Assembly (NCBI GenBank): GCA_050290185.1
Contig: JBNKHE010000007.1
Span: forward strand, 128,001-192,000
Reading direction: 5' to 3'
Source: Pontiella sp.
GTDB taxonomy: Bacteria; Verrucomicrobiota; Kiritimatiellia; Kiritimatiellales; Pontiellaceae
DNA: 64,000 nucleotides
Made by a program: the position numbers and the translations under genes. Shown here in pieces: positions 47,806 to 58,062 of this stretch. The notes under the pieces were generated by a model, which was not told the origin of the DNA, searched no databases, and saw only the letters and a program-made list of their open reading frames with translations. Each line of letters begins with the position of its first letter. The first letter of the stretch is position 1.

Positions 47806-48129
47806 ATGAGCTACGAAGACCAGACAGAAGGCTTCCAGACGTTGCTCGATGCGTCTGGCCGGCAACTGACATTCAAGGTGAACGATGATGATGTGCCGTT
47901 TACTGCCCTTGTGGCGCGCCAGGACAACGAGGCGCAGCCGTATGACCTCGATCCGGGCGAGTGCCAGACCGTAACGGTTTCGCTCTTCAAGAGCGTTTTC
48001 GACCCGCTCCCGACCATTGGAAGCTATTTCAAGGATGACGAAGGCGGGCGCTACCGCATCAAGGCACGGCGGCCAAACCCGGGTCGACCGGTTGTTAAGT
48101 TCGTGTGCGAATATTCGGGCGGTGAGTGA
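47806..48129 (+). CDS. Head-tail adaptor (FII-like)
   Basis: Position; beta-rich with P..G...RYRI. Confidence 0.5.
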   Translation: MSYEDQTEGFQTLLDASGRQLTFKVNDDDVPFTALVARQDNEAQPYDLDPGECQTVTVSLFKSVFDPLPTIGSYFKDDEGGRYRIKARRPNPGRPVVKFVCEYSGGE

Positions 48130-48731
48130 TGTTGGATCAGGCAAAAATAGATACGCGCCATCTTGAGTCATTTAATAAAACGCTTCAGGAGTACTTAAAA
48201 TGGAACGACCGGGAGCTAGGGCCATTGCTCCAAAATCGTGCGCAGCGCATGCGCTGGGAACTATATAAGATCTTTTCATCCATTGCGCCTACCGCAGACG
48301 AGGTTTCAGAGGAAGCAGTGCAGCGTGGTTACAAAACCAAACGCCGTATGGAGGGTGGGAGGCGTGTTAACTTTGAGCGGGAAATTAAAATACGCCGGAG
48401 TTCGGTTAAATACCTTTCAGTAGCATGGATGTTGCGCGATTGGCGCATGGCGAAAGAGGGACAAAACGTAAAACGTGACCAGATAAACCGTAGAAATCGG
48501 AAGATCGGCGAGGTGATAGACCGCACAGCAAAAGGAGTACGCCATCCATATGTCGAAATTACAAGCCTTCTTCGCGGTGCGGTTCGGATGAACGCAAAAC
48601 GTGGGTTGATTACCAGAGCCCTAGCCAGACAAGAAGCCGACATGCGTGAGTATATCTACAAAAAACAAAAACAGAAGCAGGCCCAGACCATCGCCAAGCT
48701 CAACGCCTTCACAAAAGGAATTTCAGTATGA
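48126..48731 (+). CDS. Neck / tail-completion protein (basic)
   Basis: Position; Arg/Lys-rich. Confidence 0.45.
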   Translation: MMLDQAKIDTRHLESFNKTLQEYLKWNDRELGPLLQNRAQRMRWELYKIFSSIAPTADEVSEEAVQRGYKTKRRMEGGRRVNFEREIKIRRSSVKYLSVAWMLRDWRMAKEGQNVKRDQINRRNRKIGEVIDRTAKGVRHPYVEITSLLRGAVRMNAKRGLITRALARQEADMREYIYKKQKQKQAQTIAKLNAFTKGISV

Positions 48732-49150
48732 AACTCCATGAAGTAACCCCGACCGCCCAAGGCATCATCACCGCGGTGAACGAACTCAAGGACATTCCGC
48801 AGATTATCGGAATGAACAGCAAGGCGGAGCTGGAAGCGGCCATAGCCGATTTTGGACTTGCGCTGGTGTTTATCCAGGAAAGCGGCGATCCGATCGACCC
48901 CGGCGCGCCGGATCTTTTACTCGACAACATGCTGATTATTGCGGTGCTTGAAAATCCACAGACCAACCAAACCGGCATGACCGGGCTGGAAATCACCGGC
49001 CTGGTGTTGAAGTCGATCCACCAGCACGATTGGTCCGAACCGGGGCTCAAGAATGCGCTGGTGGTTGACAATCCGGCATACACAAAAGGTGAACTGGAAA
49101 CCGGGCTGGAGTCCTATTTCTGCAATTTCAGAATAAAAACCATCGGATGA
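48728..49150 (+). CDS. Tail terminator-like protein
   Basis: Acidic ~140-aa gene just upstream of the tail tube gene. Confidence 0.45.
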   Translation: MKLHEVTPTAQGIITAVNELKDIPQIIGMNSKAELEAAIADFGLALVFIQESGDPIDPGAPDLLLDNMLIIAVLENPQTNQTGMTGLEITGLVLKSIHQHDWSEPGLKNALVVDNPAYTKGELETGLESYFCNFRIKTIG

Positions 49151-49158
49151 GGTAAATC

Positions 49159-49704
49159 ATGGCGAACGATACGAAAAAAACAATTCTCGGAACCGGCGAT
49201 TTTGCATTGATCATCGGCGCCGCCGCCGCGCCGGCAGACGAGGCGACCTATGATCTCGCCGCCAACGATTTCGGCAACGTTTCAAAAGTAGAATTTGCCA
49301 ACGAATCGAACCTCGTTGAGCACATGGGCTGTTACAAGGGTCTGAAAATCCGCGACGATGCGACGATTACAGAGCTGAAGCACGGCTTCAAGATGACCTG
49401 CGACGAATTTACCGAGCAGGGTTTCCGCGGCATGTTCCTCGCCGGTGCCGGTGCCGATGATGCCACCGATCCGACCTACACCAAGTATCTACCCATTTCA
49501 GCCGCCAACACCCTGAAGGGGTATGGCCGATTGCGCATCCACAAAGCCGGCGAAGCGGATCCGCGCATCATTTGGAAAAACTTCGAGTGCATCGTCCGCG
49601 TATCCACCATGCCTAATTTTGATGGATCGACCCACGCTTCGTTCGACGTTGAAGTCAACGTTCTAGCCGACCTTGGCGAAGTGCTCGTTAAGAAAACCGC
49701 ATAA
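49159..49704 (+). CDS. Major tail (tube) protein
   Basis: LGTGD...FGNV...F; position before chaperone and tape measure; SD GAGG. Confidence 0.6.
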   Translation: MANDTKKTILGTGDFALIIGAAAAPADEATYDLAANDFGNVSKVEFANESNLVEHMGCYKGLKIRDDATITELKHGFKMTCDEFTEQGFRGMFLAGAGADDATDPTYTKYLPISAANTLKGYGRLRIHKAGEADPRIIWKNFECIVRVSTMPNFDGSTHASFDVEVNVLADLGEVLVKKTA

Positions 49705-49823
49705 CCGGTGAGGTGAGCTGATGGCATCGCTTAACGAAATTTTCAACGGTGAAGTGGATAAGGCCGCGAAAAAGAAAGCGTCCCCACGTCCCGCACCGGA
49801 CAAACAGAGAGAGGAAAAAAAGA

Positions 49824-50195
49824 ATGAACCAGCAGGCAATAATTAACGGCGGAGAAGAAATCGAAATTTTTGTTTTCGATGGCGACACCGTAAAAACAGA
49901 AACCGTAAAAGTTCGACTGCTCAAAATCGCTGAGTTTGAGAGCTATCTGAAGAAGCTGGAAACCGAAACCGCGCTGGCTGAATTTCTGTGCGACAAGCCC
50001 GAAGGATGGGGCGCTACGCTGCTTCCAGACAGCATCATGGATATCCTGGACAAGGGCCAAGACCTAAATTTTACGACTGTCCGTCGTTATCTCCAACGGC
50101 GGGTAAATCTGACGGAAGACATGGCACCGGCAGCAAAGGCGGCTCTGGCGGCTCGGGATATAGTATTGCCGACCTCTGCGCCGACGGGGCAATAG
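49824..50195 (+). CDS. Tail assembly chaperone (gpG-like)
   Basis: Between tube and tape measure; overlapped by a -1 frame ORF ending at 50479. Confidence 0.6.
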   Translation: MNQQAIINGGEEIEIFVFDGDTVKTETVKVRLLKIAEFESYLKKLETETALAEFLCDKPEGWGATLLPDSIMDILDKGQDLNFTTVRRYLQRRVNLTEDMAPAAKAALAARDIVLPTSAPTGQ

Positions 50196-50479
50196 TTTTA
50201 AAATGCGGGGTTCAGGAAGTCGCTAGCCGATGCTCTTTCCCCGAGTTGTTCTTGATCCTCCGCCGAGCTGAAAAACGCCGGTCGGAGGATTTGCAGATTA
50301 TGGCAGCGGCGCAGCTCCGCGCGGCCTGTGCTCCATGGAGCGAGAAGGGCGCAAAGCTGGCGAGCGAGTTCATTCAATCGCTGGGCGGCGGTGGCGATGC
50401 GCAAGAGCCTGAAAGAAGCTCGGGCGAACTACTTCAGCTATTTGCCGAGGCCGGGATCCCGATCAAGGAGTTTGATTAG
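50160..50479 (+). CDS. Tail assembly chaperone C-terminal part (gpT-like, -1 frame; start approximate)
   Basis: Open -1 frame filling the gap to the tape measure gene; no clear start of its own. Confidence 0.45.
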
Positions 50480-50481
50480 AG

Positions 50482-52809
50482 ATGGCAGACAGCCGCGTCA
50501 GTGTGTTGATCGATATGCGCTCCAGGCTCAACGGCCTGAACGCGGCCTCTGCCGGCCTTGGCAACCTCATCAAAAAAGCCGCCGGATTCGCCGCGGCCTA
50601 CGTTGGTGTGCGGCAGGCGATCCGTGGCAGCCGGGACATCATCAAGCTCGGTGCCGACCTCGACCACCTTTCAGGCCGTACAGGAATATCAGTCTCATCC
50701 CTAAATGTACTTCAACGAGCATTCGAAGATAATGGGGTGTCGGCAGATAAGCTAGGCATGGCTGTAAGCGGATTGCAGAAACGGATAGTAGATGCTTCTC
50801 GTGGTACTGGCGAAGGCATGATCGCTTTAGATATGCTCGGATTGAGCGTAAAAAAAATTATTGATCTTTCTCCTGAAGATCAGTTCTCAGAGATAGCATC
50901 TGCAATATCGTCAATTAAAGATCCTGCAAAACAAGCGGCGGCGGCTATGGGTCTTTTCGGTGACGCTGGAGCCGAGCTTTTGCCGATGTTCAAAAATGGC
51001 GGCGCGATCGACGACGCGCGCGCATCGCTCGGCAGCATGCCCGAGGTTCTGGAACGAAACGCCGAACAATTTGAACGCATCGATACGCTGGCCGGTAGGC
51101 TGAAGAATAAGTCAAGGCAGTTGTTCCTAGGGGTGGGCGACCAGATCGCCGACGAGCTGCTGGGACCACTGGAGACCATCAATACAATGGACTTCACGCA
51201 GGCCGGACAAAATATCGGTGCGTTCCTTAATCTGGCAATCGACGCCTTCCGGGACGGCACCTTCGGTGAATTTATTTCCCTCTCCATGGAGGCCGGTTTT
51301 GAAAAGGGCACGGCCACGGCCAAGGCGGCGCTCGATGCGCTGTTCGCATCCTTCGGCGAAGATGGGGAAATGTGGAAACATGCGCTTAATGGTGCGATGA
51401 CCTTTGGGGTAGGTGCCGCTAAGTTCCTGCTTACCGTGTTCGAAACACCGATAACATATCTCTCGACCGGCTTCCGGTGGATTGGCGATCGTATTCTCGT
51501 GATGTTCGGGCACATCGGAAAGGCAATCAGTGGAATTTTCGAAGCACTAATAAACGGCATAATCCACGGCTTCGAAGTGGCGCTTAATTTCGTCATCGAC
51601 AAGGTAAACGCTATCACTGAAGCCATGCCGTTCACCGATGGCACCCAGATCGAGCGTAAGAAACTTGATCGTGTTGATTTTTCGAATAATCCGGTTCGTG
51701 AGGCAAAAGGATGGCAAGAACTCTTTGACGAACAGAAAGCCGGAATATCGGAAACAAACGACCTGATTATCAACGGCCTGAACAAGAGCCTTGAGGAATC
51801 GCGCGAGATCATCGGAATCACAAACGATGAAAACGAAAGAGGTAAAAGCGCGCTTGAGAAGATTAATGATCTAATCGAGGAACAGAAACAAAAGCGCCTT
51901 GCAATTGTTGATGCGGCGAAAGCAACAGTAGCTACCGATACAGCTAATGCCGATACCGCTCCAAAGCGGCTTGAAGGAAAAAACTTCTACGAAAAATCAT
52001 TCAACAACTATGCCGACATGGTTGATGGAGTTGGCGATTCAGGAGTAACTAAAATTCAGGCTGTAGACGCGGCATTGATGGATTTTTATACAAATGCCGG
52101 AACTGTTGCAGAACAGTTACACGAGCAAATAGGAAATATTTCAAGCGCTCTTACGACCAGCATTTCGGCAGGAATAGAGGGTCTGATTAACCGGACAAAG
52201 GATTGGGGTGATGCGCTCCGCGATATCGGATCCAGCATTGTAAGCAGCCTGATTAAGTCGTTTGCCGATATGGCCGCTTCATGGGTGATGACCCATGTCA
52301 TAATGAAAGGCGTTTCGCTGGCGTGGTCTGCTTTTTCTGACATGATGCATGCAAAGGATGTTGCTACCACTACGGCTGCCGAATCCGCAAAGGGAGCTGC
52401 CGCCGCTCCGACAGCAACGCTAATATCAATATCAACGTTGGGTCTCGCCGCCGTAATTGGCGGTGCGGCCGTAATATCAGCACTGGCAACCGTTGCCGCA
52501 ATGGGAGGCTTTTCAGAAGGGGGATATACCGGAGATGGCGGTAAATATGACCTCGCTGGAGTGGTTCATCGTGGTGAGTTCGTAATCCCGGCTGATGTTG
52601 TTTCCGGGCTGGGCGGTGCGAAGGGTGTAGAAGCGATGCTGGCCGCCAACGGAGCCGGCTCCGCCGCACCGGCCCCTGCTTCCGGAGGTAAGACAGATAA
52701 CAGCCTGTTTATTCTAAATTCAGAAGCACAGCTAAGACGGATGATGAGTTCGCGCGATGGGACTAAGGCGCTTCTTGATTTTGGTCGGAAGCACTGGGGT
52801 CTTACATGA
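50482..52809 (+). CDS. Tape measure protein
   Basis: 775 aa, Ala/Gly-rich helical; C-terminal [25 protein letters not shown]. Confidence 0.9.
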   Translation: MADSRVSVLIDMRSRLNGLNAASAGLGNLIKKAAGFAAAYVGVRQAIRGSRDIIKLGADLDHLSGRTGISVSSLNVLQRAFEDNGVSADKLGMAVSGLQKRIVDASRGTGEGMIALDMLGLSVKKIIDLSPEDQFSEIASAISSIKDPAKQAAAAMGLFGDAGAELLPMFKNGGAIDDARASLGSMPEVLERNAEQFERIDTLAGRLKNKSRQLFLGVGDQIADELLGPLETINTMDFTQAGQNIGAFLNLAIDAFRDGTFGEFISLSMEAGFEKGTATAKAALDALFASFGEDGEMWKHALNGAMTFGVGAAKFLLTVFETPITYLSTGFRWIGDRILVMFGHIGKAISGIFEALINGIIHGFEVALNFVIDKVNAITEAMPFTDGTQIERKKLDRVDFSNNPVREAKGWQELFDEQKAGISETNDLIINGLNKSLEESREIIGITNDENERGKSALEKINDLIEEQKQKRLAIVDAAKATVATDTANADTAPKRLEGKNFYEKSFNNYADMVDGVGDSGVTKIQAVDAALMDFYTNAGTVAEQLHEQIGNISSALTTSISAGIEGLINRTKDWGDALRDIGSSIVSSLIKSFADMAASWVMTHVIMKGVSLAWSAFSDMMHAKDVATTTAAESAKGAAAAPTATLISISTLGLAAVIGGAAVISALATVAAMGGFSEGGYTGDGGKYDLAGVVHRGEFVIPADVVSGLGGAKGVEAMLAANGAGSAAPAPASGGKTDNSLFILNSEAQLRRMMSSRDGTKALLDFGRKHWGLT

Positions 52810-53360
52810 GTGCTGTAATCGTAAACGGACATGTCTTTTTTCACCAGGCGCAGGATTTTGGGCAATCGTGCAGCTATGGCCTGAAGCATGCCTGCGGACG
52901 GGCGGATAGCCTGGAAGGGAAGGAAGACAACGCCCGCTTTTCTGCCCGCCCGCGCCGCACCTACGAATACAGCATCCGCCCGCTTTCCCTTGCCAGCCGT
53001 CTCGCCGCCGAAACGGCCATTACCGAAGCGCTCGCACTGAAAGCCGCCGCCGTTCCGATCTGGGCAAAGGCGCGGTTCGACTTCACGCGCGACGCGCAGG
53101 ACCGGTTTGTTTTCGACGGATCCCGGGATCTGCCGGCGGTTGGAAGTTACTGGATGTTGTCCAGCGGCACGGAATGGACCGCGGTGGTTATCGATGCCAT
53201 TAACGGCCTTGCGGTCGACTGGACACAGGTTGATGGCGGAGACGGCACGCACGGCGGTGAATTAAGCCCGATCCTGTTTGGCGTCATTGACCCGCCGAAA
53301 CAATCGACCGGCGGAGATCCTTCCAGTGTAAAAATCATGTTTACCGAGCGGGAGGGCTGA
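52806..53360 (+). CDS. Distal tail-like protein
   Basis: Directly follows the tape measure gene; 'ARPRRTYEY'. Confidence 0.5.
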   Translation: MSAVIVNGHVFFHQAQDFGQSCSYGLKHACGRADSLEGKEDNARFSARPRRTYEYSIRPLSLASRLAAETAITEALALKAAAVPIWAKARFDFTRDAQDRFVFDGSRDLPAVGSYWMLSSGTEWTAVVIDAINGLAVDWTQVDGGDGTHGGELSPILFGVIDPPKQSTGGDPSSVKIMFTEREG

Positions 53361-53363
53361 CCA

Positions 53364-54776
53364 ATGGCCTATCCCGTCTTCCCGTTCCGGATCGATTACA
53401 CGAGCAACATTACGATCCGCTGGAAAAATGCCCAGCTTCCGCACGAAATTTCCCCGGCGCCGCTTGGATTTTCAGATGGGGTCCAGACAGCCCGCAAGCG
53501 CGCATTCGGGGTTTCGGCCAGGGTAAAAACCGGCGCGCATGTCGACATCCTAGAATCATTCTTTGCCGATATCGGTTGCGATCCGTTCTGGCTTCCGGAT
53601 CTGCCGCGCGAAATATCATCCTTCCAGCAGATCAGCGATACCGTGCTTGAGGTTGATGGGTTCGACCTTACGGCATTCATGCAGAACCAGAACGCCTATT
53701 CGTTGATTTTACGGCCTCACGGGTCGGCGGATCCGGTCATCGCCGCCGTTCAGTCCGTTGAACGGGTTGGCGGTAAAGACCGCATCACCCTTGCCGCCGC
53801 GTATCCCGGGCTACCGACTCCGGATGAAGCGGAAATTTGTTTTTCATCGCTGGTGGTTATCGATTCGGATTCGGTCAAGTTTGATCCGGAAACCTCTACA
53901 TTCTGGAGGGTATCATTCACGGCAATCGAGCAACCATTCGATCCGGAGCCAAGCCGTCAGATTTACTATTGCTACGCGTTCAGCTGCACCGACCATCTGG
54001 GCAACTCGCGGGTGCATCGGCACACGACCGATGCCGACAGCCGCAACATCGGGGCCGATGCCTATGAGCCGCACGACATCATGCACAGCGGCCTTGAGCA
54101 TGGCCGGCTGACGTCCGACAACAAATGCACCATATCGCTGCGCGCGGTGCCGGGCGGGGTCTTTGCAACATGGAAGCCCCGGGCCATCGAGCCGCCAGTA
54201 CTGGTCACCGTCTACAAAGTCGAGGTCGTCGCCGGAATCGATCAGGCCGCCGTGACGGAATTTTCCGGCGAATGCGCGCAAATCATGCGGCAAGGGGATT
54301 TGATCGAGGCCACGTTCCGTTCCAATGCGCTCAACCAAAAAATTCCAAATTTCTTGGTTTCAGTGCGCGACAACGCCGATCCGTGGGAAACACACGATCC
54401 GGAACTATTCACCGTCGACGCCGTGGTGCTGCTGGTCGAGTTCGACCGGATCTATTTGACCATTGCGGACGCCGCCAACGTCGACGAATTGCCCGGCGGT
54501 CATTTGGTGATCGAAACCGCCGGCCTCGCCGTGGTCCGCGATATCCTGTCGATCACATCCATCGGCGGCGATGGCTATGTGGCGCGCATAAACTACAGCA
54601 TCGAGGGCGTCGGCGTTGGCGATCCATGCACCTGCTACTTTGGCTATGACGGCTCTCCGGAAACATACGTGCGTCTTTTCGGTAGCCTGGAAGGCTTTGG
54701 TGGACACCCGCGGCTCCCAGCCCAAAATCCGACGTTCAAGGCCATCAACGTGACAACATCCGGAGGCAAGAAATGA
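53364..54776 (+). CDS. Baseplate hub / tail tip protein
   Basis: FWLP N-terminus; C-terminal GYDG...FGGHP.LP..NP as in GTA-like hub proteins. Confidence 0.6.
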   Translation: MAYPVFPFRIDYTSNITIRWKNAQLPHEISPAPLGFSDGVQTARKRAFGVSARVKTGAHVDILESFFADIGCDPFWLPDLPREISSFQQISDTVLEVDGFDLTAFMQNQNAYSLILRPHGSADPVIAAVQSVERVGGKDRITLAAAYPGLPTPDEAEICFSSLVVIDSDSVKFDPETSTFWRVSFTAIEQPFDPEPSRQIYYCYAFSCTDHLGNSRVHRHTTDADSRNIGADAYEPHDIMHSGLEHGRLTSDNKCTISLRAVPGGVFATWKPRAIEPPVLVTVYKVEVVAGIDQAAVTEFSGECAQIMRQGDLIEATFRSNALNQKIPNFLVSVRDNADPWETHDPELFTVDAVVLLVEFDRIYLTIADAANVDELPGGHLVIETAGLAVVRDILSITSIGGDGYVARINYSIEGVGVGDPCTCYFGYDGSPETYVRLFGSLEGFGGHPRLPAQNPTFKAINVTTSGGKK

Positions 54777-55204
54777 CGTTCGAAGAAAGGATCGTGGAAA
54801 GCGCACGGCGGTGGATTGGGCTTCATGCCCCATTTGCCCCGCATGGCCGTTCCGAGCGCTATGGAATCGATTGTGTAAACCTTGCCCACGTCATCTACAC
54901 CGAAGCTGGAATGAATCTTCCAGACCTTCCGCGCCGCTATTTCATGGACTCCAGCCGGCACCAGACCGACCAGACCGTCATGGATTGGATCGAATCAATC
55001 GGCTCTTTTCAGGAAATACCGCTGGCTGAAAGCTATCCGGTCGGCACCCTGCTTTGCGCCGACATCGGCCGATCGCCTTACCACGTTGCCATTGTGATCG
55101 ACAACGCCCACGCCGTCCACAGCATCCGCCGCGCTGGGGTTTGCTGCGTGGCCTATGGAACCGAAATCAAAAAAATCACCCACGCATTCAAGCCAATCCA
55201 ATGA
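54773..55204 (+). CDS. NlpC/P60 tail-associated peptidase
   Basis: ARRWIG..P...GIDC...HVAI...HS. Confidence 0.85.
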   Translation: MTFEERIVESARRWIGLHAPFAPHGRSERYGIDCVNLAHVIYTEAGMNLPDLPRRYFMDSSRHQTDQTVMDWIESIGSFQEIPLAESYPVGTLLCADIGRSPYHVAIVIDNAHAVHSIRRAGVCCVAYGTEIKKITHAFKPIQ

Positions 55205-57582
55205 GTTCTGGAACCAACAAGGAATATGTATCCGGTTACCCGCGGAAATTGGGGAACATCGATTTCGAGCGCGTGTCTACCAACCAGGAGGGTGTTGCCC
55301 TTCCGGTGGTTCAGGGGACGGCCCGGCTCGGAGTGACGTGGCTTGATGGCGCCAAAAACGTAAATGCCTATGCAGTTAAGGTAAAGGTCGGAAAAAGCAA
55401 GGAAACGGTAGGCTACAACTACTATGCCGATATGGCCGGCGTGATTTGTCTTGGCCCGGTCGACCGGCTGCTGGCGGTCTACTCGGCGGAAGAAACCATA
55501 TGGTCGGGCGATTTGACCGACCCCGGCACGGGCTATGTCAACATCCAGACCACCGTCGGAAATGCGCGGTTCCGGTTTGGAACACCAAACCAGACCATTA
55601 GCGGCTATGTACTTGATCCGGCAAAACACCCCGGCTACCAGAACCAGGCGATCATCGAATTTAAACAAATGTTTTTTGGCCGCGATACCACCAACGCGCG
55701 GCAGATTGAAGTGCTGATAGTCCGTGCCGTGCCGGATGCGGACATGATCGATGATCGTTCCATCAATGCCGCCGCCGCGCTGCGCGAAGTGGTCTCAAAT
55801 TCGTTGTGGGGGGCCGGGCAAAACCTACCGCTTTCCAATGTTCAAACGGTGCAGGATCAACTTGCGGAGGATGCCATTGGGATGTCGTTCAATTTGAACA
55901 GCATCGACGATGCGGAAAAAGTGGTTGAAGCGATCATTGATACATTCAACGGCGATCTTGTTTGGGAAAAAACAAGCGGGGAATACATCCTGAAGCAGGG
56001 ATACCGCCCGCCGGCCAATACGGCAATACTCCCGGTTATCATGGCTGCCCAGTGCACATCCTTGCCAAAAACAAAAATAAAAGCCTACGTCGACCAGCCC
56101 GGCGAATTGCGGATGAACTACATCAACCGCGCCCGCAACTTCAACGACGCCCAGGTTCTGAAACGCTCGCAAGGGCATAGATTGCTGAACGGCATTCGAA
56201 AAACAACCACACTTGAGCGGCAGGAGATCGATAATACGGCGACGGCGCTGAAATTGCTCGCGCAGGCCATGGTTCAAATGTCGCTTCCGGCAGCCGAAGG
56301 TTCATTCGAAATTCGTGCGGTCGACGCGGAAACGGTCAACATCGCCGACTGGTTTTGGCTGGAGCTATGGACCGGGGCTGATTTGACCATGTGCCGGTGC
56401 ACCAGCAAAAAGCAGGCAGATGCATTTTCCCGCGACGTTGCGATCGAATACGAAGCCGACTCCACGCGCTGGGCCTACACCGGCGCCGCCGGCGGCGCCG
56501 CATACACACCGCCGGATCTTCCGGAATACCTACCCGAAACACACATCTTCCAGCAGCTCATCGAGACGCCGCGCTTTATGTCGACCGGAATCGACCTGAT
56601 TACCGCCGTTGGGCGCGCCCACAGCCTGATAGTCGGTTTCACGCCATACTTTGCCCTCGATGCCGACCCGACCTATTCAACCGCCTTGAAAATAGAAAAT
56701 TCGGCGGTAAACCATTTCGGCCTGCCTGTTGAAGTGAAGAACGCAACCGGGACCGCAACGGATCTTGTGGTCACCCCGCTCAACAACGATGTGACGGAAT
56801 ACGAAAGCGTTGCCGCCGCCGCCCAGCAAGCCGGAGAGCTGCTGCTGTTCATCGGGGACGAAATAATCTCCTTGCGCGACCTGTTCATCAACGGAAATGA
56901 TTTGGAGCTAGACAGTACGTTGCGCGGGTTCGGCGATACCAAGCCGAAAAACCATGCAGCAGGGGCGCAGGGAATCATCATTTACGCCGCCGAAGCCTTT
57001 AGGATCAACCCGGCTCCAGGTGAAACCACGAACCGGAACATCAAGCTCCCAGCCGAAACGCTGCTGGCGGTGCAGGATCTTGATGAAGTCGACCCGATCC
57101 CATGGGTATCCGAACTTCGGATAAATCGTCCGCTCAATATATCGGCGCTCACCATCGAAGGAGAAGTGTTGCCGAAACCGGCGCACCACTACAATTTGGC
57201 CGATTATGATCTGGTATCAACCCCGGCATGGAACGCCTCTGTTTCAATGACCGTGGCAAAACAGGACTGGTCGAGCCTGGGATTCATCTCGGCAAATTTC
57301 TACACAGCCGCCGACCTCTACACCCGCGTCCGTGCCTACGGAGCCGACGAAGTAACCTTGATCGGCGACACCAGCAGCGCAAACGCGACATTTTCCGTAC
57401 CGCTTGCATCCGAAGGCCACGCAACCGGACATCTCGAAATAACCACCTATCACCCCGATACGCCAGAACTGGAAAGCCAAGTTGCTTTGCGGATCGACAT
57501 AACCTTCGGAACGCCTGGCTACGCGGTAGACGCGAACGGCGACTTTGCAATCGATGGAAACGGCGATTACGCCACAGAATAG
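55201..57582 (+). CDS. Central tail fibre / tip protein
   Basis: Large ORF after NlpC/P60; P.V.GT.R...GYNYYA...CLGPV, RGFGDT...H.AG. Start set at ATG 55201. Confidence 0.75.
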   Translation: MSSGTNKEYVSGYPRKLGNIDFERVSTNQEGVALPVVQGTARLGVTWLDGAKNVNAYAVKVKVGKSKETVGYNYYADMAGVICLGPVDRLLAVYSAEETIWSGDLTDPGTGYVNIQTTVGNARFRFGTPNQTISGYVLDPAKHPGYQNQAIIEFKQMFFGRDTTNARQIEVLIVRAVPDADMIDDRSINAAAALREVVSNSLWGAGQNLPLSNVQTVQDQLAEDAIGMSFNLNSIDDAEKVVEAIIDTFNGDLVWEKTSGEYILKQGYRPPANTAILPVIMAAQCTSLPKTKIKAYVDQPGELRMNYINRARNFNDAQVLKRSQGHRLLNGIRKTTTLERQEIDNTATALKLLAQAMVQMSLPAAEGSFEIRAVDAETVNIADWFWLELWTGADLTMCRCTSKKQADAFSRDVAIEYEADSTRWAYTGAAGGAAYTPPDLPEYLPETHIFQQLIETPRFMSTGIDLITAVGRAHSLIVGFTPYFALDADPTYSTALKIENSAVNHFGLPVEVKNATGTATDLVVTPLNNDVTEYESVAAAAQQAGELLLFIGDEIISLRDLFINGNDLELDSTLRGFGDTKPKNHAAGAQGIIIYAAEAFRINPAPGETTNRNIKLPAETLLAVQDLDEVDPIPWVSELRINRPLNISALTIEGEVLPKPAHHYNLADYDLVSTPAWNASVSMTVAKQDWSSLGFISANFYTAADLYTRVRAYGADEVTLIGDTSSANATFSVPLASEGHATGHLEITTYHPDTPELESQVALRIDITFGTPGYAVDANGDFAIDGNGDYATE

Positions 57583-57591
57583 GAGAAAACC

Positions 57592-58029
57592 ATGGCATAC
57601 GACATCGGCCCGAACACATGGGCAAAAGTGAAAGCGTTCTTCGACCTGATAAGCGCTATTGCAGCTGGAAAAGTCACGCTCGGCGGAGCCTTGGATTTAA
57701 CCACAGACCCGACCGGAGGCGATGGAGTTGGAAACCGCGACTACAACGATGCGCGCTACGCGACCGCAGCGCAAGGAGGTTTGGCGGATACGGCGCTGCA
57801 GCCCGCCGACGTTGGCACCGCCGCCGCCCAAGACGTCGGCTATTTCGCGACCGCAGCGCAGGGAGGTCTGGCCGATACAGCGCTGCAGCCCGCCGACGTC
57901 GGTACCGCAGCCGCTCAGGACGTCGGCGCTTTTGTGCCGACAGACGGCTCCGTCTCATCCATCACATTTTCGAACGGCGCAAAGCTGGAAATTTCCGGCA
58001 GCACACTGGTCATCACCGCCGCGCCCTAG
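57592..58029 (+). CDS. Tail-fibre-like protein with 29-aa tandem repeat
   Basis: ATAAQGGLADTALQPADVGTAAAQDVG twice (87-nt period, from 57760). Confidence 0.65.
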   Translation: MAYDIGPNTWAKVKAFFDLISAIAAGKVTLGGALDLTTDPTGGDGVGNRDYNDARYATAAQGGLADTALQPADVGTAAAQDVGYFATAAQGGLADTALQPADVGTAAAQDVGAFVPTDGSVSSITFSNGAKLEISGSTLVITAAP

Positions 58030-58062
58030 TTGACACGTCCTGCCCAATAGGAGGCTATACCC

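Noticed and set aside
57760..57933. Diversity-generating retroelement TR/VR pair
   Set aside because: The repeats are in-frame tandem coding units differing at synonymous positions, not specifically at adenines, and no reverse transcriptase is present.
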